Assembly: GCA_022848865.1 (NCBI GenBank)
Contig: JAJISE010000001.1
Span: forward strand, 49,036-113,035
DNA from: Thermoplasmatota archaeon
GTDB lineage: Archaea > Thermoplasmatota > Thermoplasmata > RBG-16-68-12 > JAGMCJ01
Direction: 5' to 3'
DNA length: 64,000 nucleotides
Shown here: piece by piece, positions 10,278-20,020 of the stretch
Position numbering within the stretch: the first letter of the stretch is position 1
Layout of the letters: every line of letters begins with the position of its first letter
Notes under the pieces: model-generated
Told to the model about the DNA's origin: nothing
The model's input: the letters and a program-made list of their open reading frames with translations, nothing else
Database searches by the model: none
Made by a program: the position numbers and the translations under genes

Positions 10278-11864
10278 TCAGTCTGAGACCCTGCCCTTCC
10301 GCTCGAACTGCTTCTCATAGAGATTCTTGAGCGTGGAGAACGTATCCACGTCCTCAGGAGACTTGTCCTCTCTGATGCGCTTTATCCTCGCGAAGCGGAG
10401 GGCGAATCCCGAGTTGTAGTGAGGGCTCTTCTGGATCTCGTTGTATGCTACCTCGACAACGGTCTCGGGGCGGACAAGGACCGTATGTCCCTCTTCAGAT
10501 GTCTTCAGCGAAAGGAGGCGGTCCGTCATCCACTGGAACTCCTCGTCCGTCAGCCCCTTGAACGTCTTCCCGATCATCTCGAACCCGCCCGTCTCCTCAT
10601 TCCTCACGGCGAGATGGTAGTTGCTCAGCCAGCCCTCCCTTCGTCCGTAGCCCCACTCGGCTGCAACTATGACGAGGTCGAGCATCTCCGCGGGCTTGAC
10701 CTTGAACCACCTCTTGCCCCTGTGACCAGGGCGATAGGGGCTGTCCAGGGCCTTTGCCATCAGGCCTTCATGTCCCGCCTCAAGCGCCCTTTCCAGGAAC
10801 TCGGCGGCTTCCCTGGGCTTAGATGAAACGATGCGTTCCGCAAGATAGTCTGGCGCGAGTTCGGACAGCTTACGCCACCTCGATTCATATGGCTCGTCAA
10901 TCAACATCTCCCCATCGACATACAGAACGTCGAAGAGGTAGAGCTTGAGCGGCATCTGCTTCCTCATTTCATCCACATCGTGCACCCGCCTGAACCTCCT
11001 CATCAGGTCCTGGAATGGCAGCGGCTTCCCTTCGCTGTCCACGGCGACGACCTCACCGTCCAAGAGGAACTCCTTCGCGGGGAGGTCGAGAGCGATCTCC
11101 CGCACCTCAGGGAGCGATGCCGTCACGTCCGTTAGTCGGCGGGTGAATATTCCGACCTCGTCCCCCTTGCGGTGTATCTGGATTCTTGCACCGTCGTACT
11201 TGAACTCCAGCGCGGTTCCCGCCGAATGCTCCTCGAAGACGCCCTCGAGGTTCTCCGCCAACTCACCGAGCATGGGCTTGACGGGTTTCAGGAGGCTCAG
11301 TCCGAACCTCTCGAGTCCCGAGGGGCCCGCGGTGAGCGCGACCTGAGCTACGCTACCGATGTCACCGCTCAACATATGAGCCCGCCTGACGAGGTTGACG
11401 TCCGCGCAGGATGCGTCGGCGATCGCCTCGAGCATGATGCCCTCACTCACGCCGTGCCTCATCTCTTGGAACAGCTCCCTCAGGATCATCTCCCGCTCGT
11501 CGTCACTTGCCCGACCGAGCAGGGCCTTCATCAGGTTCGTCCTTCGGCTAATGGAGTCCCTGCCAGAGACCTTGGCAATCTCATCGAACGACCTCTGGAC
11601 ATCCAGAATGCTGAGAGGCTTCTCGAAAAGTGTGGCCTGCTTCCCCGGACCGAGGGCCTTCCTGACGGTCCTCCATCCTACATGAAGGGCTTTTGACTCC
11701 GTCTCCGGAAAGATCCTGCCTATGACTAGCAGTACCGCAGGAGAGATCTCATCGGGGTTGACTCCCTGGAGGAACTGCCCCAAGACCCTCCTCTTCTCCA
11801 ACCTCTTGGTCGTGGACTCAAGAGCCTTGCACACCTGAACGAGCTCGGAGAAAGGGGTCTCCAT
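10278..11864 (-). CDS. lig: ATP-dependent DNA ligase
   Basis: EFKYDGAR active-site Lys, LDGE, FDVLY, EGLMAK, WFKVK, LRFARI. Confidence 0.95.
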   Translation of the reverse strand: METPFSELVQVCKALESTTKRLEKRRVLGQFLQGVNPDEISPAVLLVIGRIFPETESKALHVGWRTVRKALGPGKQATLFEKPLSILDVQRSFDEIAKVSGRDSISRRTNLMKALLGRASDDEREMILRELFQEMRHGVSEGIMLEAIADASCADVNLVRRAHMLSGDIGSVAQVALTAGPSGLERFGLSLLKPVKPMLGELAENLEGVFEEHSAGTALEFKYDGARIQIHRKGDEVGIFTRRLTDVTASLPEVREIALDLPAKEFLLDGEVVAVDSEGKPLPFQDLMRRFRRVHDVDEMRKQMPLKLYLFDVLYVDGEMLIDEPYESRWRKLSELAPDYLAERIVSSKPREAAEFLERALEAGHEGLMAKALDSPYRPGHRGKRWFKVKPAEMLDLVIVAAEWGYGRREGWLSNYHLAVRNEETGGFEMIGKTFKGLTDEEFQWMTDRLLSLKTSEEGHTVLVRPETVVEVAYNEIQKSPHYNSGFALRFARIKRIREDKSPEDVDTFSTLKNLYEKQFERKGRVSD

Positions 11865-11933
11865 CGGTCTTGATACGGCTTGTGGGTTTAAAAACAGTAA
11901 CCTCGAAACAGGAGGGGAATCGAGAGCGGGAAT

Positions 11934-12701
11934 CTACTTCTGGCAGAGGGGATGCTCCTCAAGAAACCTCGACATCGCTCGCGAGAAGGCCTTCTCGCTG
12001 TGGCCTAGATGAGCCGCGTGGCCCGCCCCCTCGAGAACGATGAGTTCTGATCCCTCCACCAGCTCGTGCATCTTCTCGAACTCCCAGATGCGGATGTGCT
12101 CGTCTCCGTCGCCTATCAGGAAAACGACAGGACAGCGGACCTCACCGAGCCTGTTGTCGTAGAAGTCGTCCGTCGAGCGATTGAACGCCAGCCACCGCTC
12201 AGCCCAGATCCGCAGAAGCGTCTTCCAGTACGGGTCGCCGTGCAGTCTCAAGAAAGACCTTGTCTCTCGCTCGGTCAGATCGTCCGGTCTCAGGAATCTC
12301 TCGAACAGGGCATTCGTCTCCTTGACCGGACAGTAATGCCCTGCCTCCGCCACGATGGCCGAAACGAGGTCGGGTCGCCTGAGAGCGAGGTTGAGGGCAA
12401 TGACCGTGCCATCGCTCCATCCCCAGAAGGTGGTCTTCTCGACCCCCAGCATGTCCATGAACTCGATAAGATCGTCCACCTGCTTCAGGAAGAACGGCTC
12501 GGGGAAACTCTCGACGTGTGTCGACCTTCCATAGCCGATCCTGTCCGGGAGAATGAACCTGTACCTGGCGGACATGAGCGGGATGTACTTCCTGAAGTCC
12601 CCCATGCCCGTCCCGAGACCTGCGTGCAGAGCGATCAGTGGATGGCCCTCCCCGTGCGCTGTGTAGTAGATGTCCCCGGAGCTGATTCGGATGAGAGGCA
12701 T
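11934..12701 (-). CDS. Alpha/beta hydrolase
   Basis: GWSDG nucleophile elbow, GD.D, AGH. Confidence 0.87.
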   Translation of the reverse strand: MPLIRISSGDIYYTAHGEGHPLIALHAGLGTGMGDFRKYIPLMSARYRFILPDRIGYGRSTHVESFPEPFFLKQVDDLIEFMDMLGVEKTTFWGWSDGTVIALNLALRRPDLVSAIVAEAGHYCPVKETNALFERFLRPDDLTERETRSFLRLHGDPYWKTLLRIWAERWLAFNRSTDDFYDNRLGEVRCPVVFLIGDGDEHIRIWEFEKMHELVEGSELIVLEGAGHAAHLGHSEKAFSRAMSRFLEEHPLCQK

Positions 12702-13546
12702 CAGGTCCCCTCGAGGAAATCGACAACGCTCCGGACGAAATCGTCATTCTCCTCGATGAGGGGCCAGTGCCCGCTGTCCTCGAACACCATCAGCTTCGAT
12801 TCCGGGATCGCGTCGTCCATTACCTGGGAGAACTTAGGCGGGCAAATGGAATCGTGCCTACCCGCCAGAATCAGAACGGGACAAGATATCTTCGGGAGAT
12901 CGTCGAGGACGTCGTACTTCCGCAGGTCAACTTGCTGATGATATCTAAGGTGGTCGGGGGACATCTTGGAGGCCGAGAGGAGCTCCTCGAACTCCCCTCT
13001 GAAGGGTTCGTAGTCCTTGAAGTAAACGGAGAACATGAGGATGAGGTTCCGTCTCATCAGCTCTTCCTTCGTCATCTTCTCGTTCCCGGGGCTCGCCATC
13101 TCCTTGTGGATGCTGGCAATCCTCTTGTCCGTCCTGAGGAGGTCGTCGAACTCCGCCTCGTACCGAGTGTCCGCCGCGGTTGCGATCAGAACGAGGGCAC
13201 TGACGTTCTCCGGCCTTCTGATGGCATACTTGAGTGCGGAGAACCCGCCCGCCGAATGGCCCATGACCGCAATCTTCTCGAATCCCAGGTGCTTCCTCAG
13301 CCGTTCCATGTCCGACACGGTGGAATCCATGGAGAAGTCGGATGGTGACGTGATCTTGGATGACTCGCCGATCCCCCTTGGGTTGAGGTACACCATCGTG
13401 AGCTTCTTCTCCAGGCCCGTGAGGTAGTGGGCCCACAGCGTGTAGTCGATTCCCCAGCCGATAGGAGCGAGAAGGCACGGAGGTCCGCTGCCTCTGACCT
13501 CGTACTCGATTGCCCGATCATGAATCCTCGCCACGCTGGAACCCAT
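12701..13546 (-). CDS. Alpha/beta hydrolase (proline iminopeptidase-like)
   Basis: GHSAGG, GRHD, SGHWP. Confidence 0.87.
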   Translation of the reverse strand: MGSSVARIHDRAIEYEVRGSGPPCLLAPIGWGIDYTLWAHYLTGLEKKLTMVYLNPRGIGESSKITSPSDFSMDSTVSDMERLRKHLGFEKIAVMGHSAGGFSALKYAIRRPENVSALVLIATAADTRYEAEFDDLLRTDKRIASIHKEMASPGNEKMTKEELMRRNLILMFSVYFKDYEPFRGEFEELLSASKMSPDHLRYHQQVDLRKYDVLDDLPKISCPVLILAGRHDSICPPKFSQVMDDAIPESKLMVFEDSGHWPLIEENDDFVRSVVDFLEGT

Positions 13547-13630
13547 CAAGTCACCTTTCTAGCGGGAGGAGAGATGAACCTCCCCTGAATGAATCTTTTT
13601 ATATTCGGCATTTCTTATCTTTGTGTGCCA

Positions 13631-14077
13631 ATGTCCAGGATATCCAGGAACCACTACTACATGAACATCGCTGTGGACGTCTCCAAGAGAAGCACATGCA
13701 CGCGCCACAAGATCGGCGCGATAGTTGTGACCGGGGACGAGATAGAGAGCAGCGGGTACAACGGGAACCCGAGGGGGCTCCCACACTGTGATGAGGTCGG
13801 CTGCATAAGGGACCAGGAGAACATACCCTCTGGACAGAGGATGGAGGTCTGCACTGGCGTCCACGCGGAGATGAACGCCCTCCTTCAGGCGGGAAAGGGC
13901 GCGAAGGGCGGGACGCTGTATTCCACGATTGTCCCGTGCAATACTTGCGCCAAGATGATCATCAACGCGGGAATCAAGCGGGTCGTCTACCTGGAGGACT
14001 ACCCTGAGAGCATGGGGAGGGATTTGCTCACGCAGGCGGGAGTGGAGGTTGACAGGGTCGAGCTTCCAGATGACTAG
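13631..14077 (+). CDS. dCMP deaminase family protein
   Basis: RSTC, GYNG, HAEMNA, PCNTC. Confidence 0.9.
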   Translation: MSRISRNHYYMNIAVDVSKRSTCTRHKIGAIVVTGDEIESSGYNGNPRGLPHCDEVGCIRDQENIPSGQRMEVCTGVHAEMNALLQAGKGAKGGTLYSTIVPCNTCAKMIINAGIKRVVYLEDYPESMGRDLLTQAGVEVDRVELPDD

Positions 14078-14112
14078 CTCTGGTGGGCCTTTTTTCTCAT
14101 AATCAGTTATGC

Positions 14113-14241
14113 TTAGGGAGAACGTGAGGGCCGCGATATCCAAGAGCTCCTCTTCTCGACTATGAAGTCCAGCCTGTCCACTGCAACGAGGTCACCATAT
14201 CTCCGGACAAGGCCTCTTGCTTCGACGACGTAGTCCGCCAT
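14113..14241 (-). pseudogene. N-terminal fragment of an ABC ATPase
   Basis: MADYVVEARGLVRRYGDLVAVDRLDFIVEK, then frame is lost and stops before Walker A. Confidence 0.65.
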
Positions 14242-14262
14242 CCCGCCATAAATAGGTGATTT

Positions 14263-15414
14263 CTAATTAAAGTCTAATCCATGATAGGGGAACACAGATT
14301 TCTTCACATCCCCAACGAGCGCCCGCACGTCCGCAGCGACCTCTGTCTCCTCCAGCTCATCGTGGAGTTTGTCTGAAGGAATCTCTCCGGCCAGCTTCTT
14401 GCACTGTGACTTCCAGCCTTCGGGGACCTCGTCAGGGAGCTCTATCTCGGCCATCTTACTGAAGACTATCGTCCATATCCTGGGCACTACGGCCGGGTCG
14501 TAGCCTCCACCTCCCACTCCGACCCACTTGCCATCGCAGATCTCGTGGGCGAGGTCATGGATGGTTCCCGCAATCCATTCGTACGTCCTCGTGCCAATCA
14601 TGAGATGCGTCAAGGGATCCGACTGATGGGCGTCAGTTCCCAACTGGGTGAGTATCAGATCGGGTTTGAAGGATTCCAGGAGAGGCGGGACAATCTCATT
14701 GAAGGCGAAGATGTAGGACGAGTCCCTCGTGTAGGTTGGGAGCGGGACGTTCACGGAGAACCCCTTGCCGTCGCCAGTCCCGACCTCGTTCTCGAAGCCA
14801 GTACCAGGGAAAAGGTACCTACCGCTCTCGTGGAGGGATATCGTCAGAACTTCAGGGCTATCGTAGAAGAGCGCCTGAACGCCATCACCGTGATGGGCGT
14901 CTATGTCCACGTAGGCGGCCCTCTTCACCTTGCCCTCGACGAGAAGCTTCTTAATCGCGATCGCAGGGTCGTTGAAAACGCAGAACCCGGATGCTCTCGA
15001 CCGCGAGGCGTGGTGAAGCCCACCCGCCGGCGTGAAGGCGTGATTGACCTGTCCGTTCGTGACTATGTCCGTGGCGTGTATCGCCGCACCGGTGTGCACC
15101 GCACTGGCGTAGTACATGTCCTCGAAGATCGGGTTGTCCCCGGAGCCCAGACCGAACAGAAAAGCGCCTTGCTTGGACTTCCCATCGCTGACGTTCCTGA
15201 CCATCTCAACATAGTCCTTGCTGTGGATCAGTTGGATCTGCTCTGAAGTCGCGACCTCGGGTTCCGAGACCATGACCTCTTCTCTGTCGAGTATCCCCAG
15301 CTCCTTCATCAGTTCGTAGGTGAGCTTGATCCTGATTTGGTTCATCGGATGAAAGGGTCCAAAATCGTATTTCATGAACTCCTCGGAGTACACGAATCCC
15401 GTCTTTGCAGTCAC
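14263..15414 (-). CDS. acuC: Acetoin utilization protein AcuC / histone deacetylase family
   Basis: GGLHHA, GFCVFND, DIDAHHGDG, FPGTG, GGGGY. GTG start at VTAKT; the 1078-aa track ORF is an antisense extension. Confidence 0.9.
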   Translation of the reverse strand: MTAKTGFVYSEEFMKYDFGPFHPMNQIRIKLTYELMKELGILDREEVMVSEPEVATSEQIQLIHSKDYVEMVRNVSDGKSKQGAFLFGLGSGDNPIFEDMYYASAVHTGAAIHATDIVTNGQVNHAFTPAGGLHHASRSRASGFCVFNDPAIAIKKLLVEGKVKRAAYVDIDAHHGDGVQALFYDSPEVLTISLHESGRYLFPGTGFENEVGTGDGKGFSVNVPLPTYTRDSSYIFAFNEIVPPLLESFKPDLILTQLGTDAHQSDPLTHLMIGTRTYEWIAGTIHDLAHEICDGKWVGVGGGGYDPAVVPRIWTIVFSKMAEIELPDEVPEGWKSQCKKLAGEIPSDKLHDELEETEVAADVRALVGDVKKSVFPYHGLDFN

Positions 15415-15522
15415 TTGATTTCCCCCCTGGAGGGTTTGGAAAGCGATTGGGTGGACGATATTTAACCATTGGCAACGCCACCGTTTTATACCGTTCCTCA
15501 CTTCTCTAGACGGAGGGGAAGA

Positions 15523-17643
15523 ATGAGACACAGACTCGATCCTGTCTTCAATCCGAGGTCCATAGCCGTCATTGGCGCGTCCAGAAACCCGAAGAAGTTG
15601 GGCGCCCAGATAACGCACAAACTGATAACATACGGATTCCGGGGCACGCTCTATCCGGTGAACAGAAAGGCCAAGGATGTCCACTCGATAAGGGCGTATC
15701 CATCGGTCCTTGAGATCCCTGACGAGGTGGACCTGGCGATTGTTGTTGTACCGTCCGAACACGTCATGAGCACGATGGAGGAGTGTGCTGAGAAGGGGAT
15801 TCGCGGGGCCGTCGTGATAACGGCGGGATTCAAGGAAGTCGGCGGGGAGGGAACCAATCGCGAGGAGGAGCTCCTGCGGTTCGTCAGAAAGCACGACATC
15901 GCGACAATAGGACCGAATTGCATGGGCATCATAAACACGAGCCCGGGGGTAATGATGGACTCGACATTCGCTCCCACCTACCCACTCAATGGAAGGACTG
16001 CCTTCATGTCCCAGAGCGGTGCTCTTGGCGTTGCGGTCCTCGGTCATGCTAGGAACATAAACATCGGTTTCTCCAAGTTTGTGAGCTTGGGCAACAAGAT
16101 GGACATCTCTGGCAACGACCTGCTTGAGTACTGGGGGAAGGACCCTGAGACGGATGTCATACTGATGTACATTGAGAGCTTCGGCAATCCGCGCAACTTC
16201 GTGAGGATAGCCAGGGAAGTGACCCCGCGGAAGCCCGTCATTGCGCTGAAATCGGGGCGGACGGAGGCGGGGAAGAGGGCTGCTGCGAGTCACACTGGCT
16301 CCTTGGCGGGATTGGACGAAGCGACAGACGCACTCTTCGAACAATGTGGCGTCCTGCGGGTTGGATCGATAGAGGAGCTCTTCGACCTCGCGACTGCATT
16401 CTCCATGCAGCCGACACCAAAAGGCCGGCAAGTTGGCATAGTGACCAACGCTGGCGGTCCCGCAATCATGGCAACGGACGCCCTGGTGAGCGTCGGTCTT
16501 GACGTCCCTCCACTCGGGCGGAGGACCCAAGAGAAACTGAGAGCCGCTCTGATGGATGAAGCGATTACGACAAACCCTGTCGATATGACCGCCCACGGCG
16601 ACCCGAAAGGATACGAAGCGGCCCTCAGGGCCGTGCTGAACGATTCGAGAGTGGATTCCGTCCTTGTGATATTCGTCCCGCCTGCAATGGTGGACGAGCT
16701 GGCGGTTGCAAACAGCATCCTGAAAGTGGCCAAGAGGCACAAGAAGAAGACCATACTGTCCTGCTTTCTCGGTAGCACGGAAGAGTCGCCGGGGTTCGTT
16801 GCGCTCACGACGAACGGCATTCCCGCCTACCTCTTCCCAGAGTCCGCCGCAAAGGCGCTGACCTCGATGTATGCCTACGGCCAATACCTCCAGAGGGACA
16901 GGGGGACCGTGAAGGAGTTCAAGGTCGACCGCAAGAGGGTGGCCAGGATATTCGATGCGTGCAGACAGAATGACCGATGCAGGCTCAACGAGGTCGAGGT
17001 CCTGCAGGTTCTCGAGGCCTACGGCTTCTCCCTGGCCAAGTATGGTGTGGCAAAGGACCTCGAAGAGACGAAGAAGCTCGCAGCGGAGATCGAGTATCCC
17101 GTTGCCCTGAAGGCAATGTCCCCTCAGATAGTCCACAAGTCGGACTTCGGCGGAATAGCCTTGGACATCGAGGACGAGAGGGACCTGGCTCGGAGGCTGA
17201 AGAAGATCACGAGAAGGATCAAGCGGTCTGGATTCTCGATCTCGGGCTATCTCGTACAGGAGTTCGTCACAGACGGGAAGGAGGTCATCCTCGGGATGAA
17301 GAACGACCCTAAGTTCGGGCCTCTGATCATGTTCGGTCTGGGGGGGATCTACGTCGAGATACTGAAGGACGTGGCGTTCAGGCTGACCCCTCTCACGGAC
17401 TCGGAGGCTGACAGGATGATCAAGTCGATAAGGGGATATCCGCTCCTCACGGGCGTCAGGGGGGAGAAGGCCTCCGATGTCAACATCATCGTGGACCATC
17501 TCCAGCGGATCTCACAGCTGGTGAACGACTTCTACCGGATCGAGGAGCTCGACATCAATCCGATGATGGTCTTCGGCAAGAAGAAGGGCGCGAAGATAGT
17601 CGATGCGAGGATGACGATCGGGGAGAAGGTCAGACCTAAATGA
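15523..17643 (+). CDS. ADP-forming acetate/acyl-CoA ligase, fused alpha-beta
   Basis: SIAVIGAS, GPNCMG, SQSG, SHTGSLAG (His), NPVD, HKSDFGG, GLGGIYVE, ELDINP. Confidence 0.92.
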   Translation: MRHRLDPVFNPRSIAVIGASRNPKKLGAQITHKLITYGFRGTLYPVNRKAKDVHSIRAYPSVLEIPDEVDLAIVVVPSEHVMSTMEECAEKGIRGAVVITAGFKEVGGEGTNREEELLRFVRKHDIATIGPNCMGIINTSPGVMMDSTFAPTYPLNGRTAFMSQSGALGVAVLGHARNINIGFSKFVSLGNKMDISGNDLLEYWGKDPETDVILMYIESFGNPRNFVRIAREVTPRKPVIALKSGRTEAGKRAAASHTGSLAGLDEATDALFEQCGVLRVGSIEELFDLATAFSMQPTPKGRQVGIVTNAGGPAIMATDALVSVGLDVPPLGRRTQEKLRAALMDEAITTNPVDMTAHGDPKGYEAALRAVLNDSRVDSVLVIFVPPAMVDELAVANSILKVAKRHKKKTILSCFLGSTEESPGFVALTTNGIPAYLFPESAAKALTSMYAYGQYLQRDRGTVKEFKVDRKRVARIFDACRQNDRCRLNEVEVLQVLEAYGFSLAKYGVAKDLEETKKLAAEIEYPVALKAMSPQIVHKSDFGGIALDIEDERDLARRLKKITRRIKRSGFSISGYLVQEFVTDGKEVILGMKNDPKFGPLIMFGLGGIYVEILKDVAFRLTPLTDSEADRMIKSIRGYPLLTGVRGEKASDVNIIVDHLQRISQLVNDFYRIEELDINPMMVFGKKKGAKIVDARMTIGEKVRPK

Positions 17644-19405
17644 TGTGGCTTGTGAAGTAGTAGTATATCAGATAGACGCCCACGGCTATGAGCACGACCG
17701 CGCTCACCTTCTTTATGAGGTCCGTGTACTGGCTGAGCTTCCTCACGCTTTCCTGACCAAAGGCGGAGAGCATGAACGTGATGGCGACCATCAGGAGCAC
17801 GATCACGAGGGAGAACACGAGGAGGATGAACAGGCTCTCGGTCGGACCCCCTGTTATGGATGACTGCGCGAGCACGGCTATGAAGAGAGGGGCGGTGCAG
17901 GCTGACGCCGCGGCCCCGTACCCGACGCCGTAGCCGAAGAGCTTCGGGTAGTAACCTCCGGTCTCCTTGCTCTTTCCCTTCGTTATCGCCTCTTTGAGTC
18001 GAGTGAACGGCCTCAGCAGAGCGTGGTACTGGAGGTTCGTGAACATCAGCAATCCTAGGGCAATCAGGACTGCCCCGACGATGGGTCCCAGAATAGGCGT
18101 GTACTCCTCCACGTTGGCAGCCGTTCCCGCCGCTATCCAGACGAACCCTATGACAAGGAAGACGAGGATGATTCCTATGCCGGCGACGAGCCCGCTGCCG
18201 AGCACTTTGAGTGTGCTCTTCTTCTCCTGCTCCGCTTCTGCGGACAGGTAATACGCCACGAACCCCGGGAGCATCGGGAAAGAGCATGGCGAGAAGAAGG
18301 TGGCGAATCCCGCGAAGACTGCGAGGAGGATACCGCCCACCGCCTGGATTCCTATGGCTTGCGATCTCCCCGCCAGAGCACTGTCGATCATGCCACGAAT
18401 GCTGCTCGCGGAGGCGTAGGCATCCGTGACCACGTTGACCGCGTACCCCTCCCTGTCGATTACCACCAGCTTCGGAATGGAACTCACGGCGTAGTCGTTC
18501 ACGAGACCGCCAGGATCCATGGCCATCCGCCAAGGATATCCCTTGTCCTCTTTGAATGCCCTAAGAGAATCGAGATCATCGAGCACATCTATCGATATCA
18601 CCTCGAGCTCTGATTCGTCGAAATGGGGGTAGACGTCATCGATAATCGTCCCGGCGATGATTTCACAGCCCCCGCAGCTGATGGACATAAAATCGAGGAT
18701 CACGACCTCCCCGCGGAAGTCGGAGAGGTTGAAGGTGTAACCGTCCGTATCGACGGCCTGGAAATCCTTGGCAAGCTCCACCTCAGTGGGCCGAGTGAGG
18801 ATGGTCACGGCTCCGTAGACTACGGCCAGGATGATGAGGATGACTACCCCCATGGCGGCCACCTTGCTCGTCTCCAGGCCATTCATCTTCCTCCATGCCA
18901 AGATGCCTAGCAGGGCCACTGTGATGCCTATGAGAAGGGCTTCGACAAGCACGAGTTCGAGAGTGATCAGCGGTGGTGCGGGTTTCGCTGGAGGGGAGGG
19001 GCCCACGTAAGTGATGTTGACGTACTTGGTCGCCTCTGGGTAATAGTCCCTGTGCCCCGTCGTGTTCTCAACTGTGACGTTGTATCCGATCACGGTACCA
19101 TTGATGATGTTCTCTTCTCCACCGATACCCCTCCAATAGGTGTCGTTCCCTCCGTAGTACATATCGTTCGGATAACATGATCCCGAATCGAAATTGCACC
19201 AGAAGATCTGCACGAAGGAGATGTTCGAAGGATCAGCCACTCTCACTGTCACATTGACCATCACACCAGGAAGCGGAACCTCTGGCGAGTGCGATACGTC
19301 GAGTATGAGTTCCGCCTTTGCAGGAAGAGAGGAGAATATCAGGGCCCCGATCAGGAGCAACGATATCCCTGCAAGATGACGACTACATCTGTGTATCAAT
19401 ACCAC
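17636..19405 (-). CDS. ccdA: Ig-like + thioredoxin (TlpA-like) + CcdA fusion; disulfide reductase / cytochrome c biogenesis
   Basis: Signal peptide, CX6C beta-domain, two TM, LSDFRGEVVILDFMSISCGGC, then FSPCSFPMLP and ASACTAP in CcdA TMs. Confidence 0.8.
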   Translation of the reverse strand: MVLIHRCSRHLAGISLLLIGALIFSSLPAKAELILDVSHSPEVPLPGVMVNVTVRVADPSNISFVQIFWCNFDSGSCYPNDMYYGGNDTYWRGIGGEENIINGTVIGYNVTVENTTGHRDYYPEATKYVNITYVGPSPPAKPAPPLITLELVLVEALLIGITVALLGILAWRKMNGLETSKVAAMGVVILIILAVVYGAVTILTRPTEVELAKDFQAVDTDGYTFNLSDFRGEVVILDFMSISCGGCEIIAGTIIDDVYPHFDESELEVISIDVLDDLDSLRAFKEDKGYPWRMAMDPGGLVNDYAVSSIPKLVVIDREGYAVNVVTDAYASASSIRGMIDSALAGRSQAIGIQAVGGILLAVFAGFATFFSPCSFPMLPGFVAYYLSAEAEQEKKSTLKVLGSGLVAGIGIILVFLVIGFVWIAAGTAANVEEYTPILGPIVGAVLIALGLLMFTNLQYHALLRPFTRLKEAITKGKSKETGGYYPKLFGYGVGYGAAASACTAPLFIAVLAQSSITGGPTESLFILLVFSLVIVLLMVAITFMLSAFGQESVRKLSQYTDLIKKVSAVVLIAVGVYLIYYYFTSHII

Positions 19406-19508
19406 CGTCCTGCTGGCTTACATTGATAGACGTTCACCATTTATACATTTTTGGCTTCGGGAGGCTGGCGGAAGCAAATCCCTTATGTATGGCCCTGCAT
19501 TGACATTG

Positions 19509-19973
19509 ATGATGAAGACGAAACTGTTCTTCACTTCCAATGGTTGCCTACAAATCTTCGAGAGCGATGACCGCCTCTACGAGATACTGCTTGATGGAGA
19601 TCCTCTAGCCGAGGGAGACAACTCGGAGCTGCTGGAGGAGACCAAGGGACTTCTCAAGGATTACTTCAACGGCAATCCCGTCGATTTCGGCAGGCTGAAG
19701 CTGGATCTTTCCGGTTACACCGAGTTCCAAAGAGACGTGCTCGAGGCCGTGGCGGGCATCCCTTCGGGTGAAGTGAGAAGCTACAAACAGGTGGCTGAGA
19801 TGGTGGGCAGACCGAGAGCATACAGAGCCGTCGGGAACGCGGTCGGGAACAACCGCACGCCGATCGTCATCCCCTGCCACAGGGTGATCAGGAGCGACGG
19901 TTCGATCGGCCACTTCGGCGGTGGAGCGAGGTTGAAGAGGTTCCTCCTCAGGCTGGAGGGCGCCCTGGATTGA
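19509..19973 (+). CDS. ogt: Methylated-DNA--protein-cysteine methyltransferase
   Basis: RAVGNA and IPCHRVI. Confidence 0.92.
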   Translation: MMKTKLFFTSNGCLQIFESDDRLYEILLDGDPLAEGDNSELLEETKGLLKDYFNGNPVDFGRLKLDLSGYTEFQRDVLEAVAGIPSGEVRSYKQVAEMVGRPRAYRAVGNAVGNNRTPIVIPCHRVIRSDGSIGHFGGGARLKRFLLRLEGALD

Positions 19974-20020
19974 TTCACTAGGTTTTTCTATCGCCATCCC
20001 ATTCGAGTCCGCGGGATACT

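Noticed and set aside
15415-17499. 1078-aa minus-strand ORF suggesting a giant AcuC fusion
   Set aside because: The first ~690 aa are the antisense shadow of the acyl-CoA ligase; AcuC homology starts at GTG 15414.
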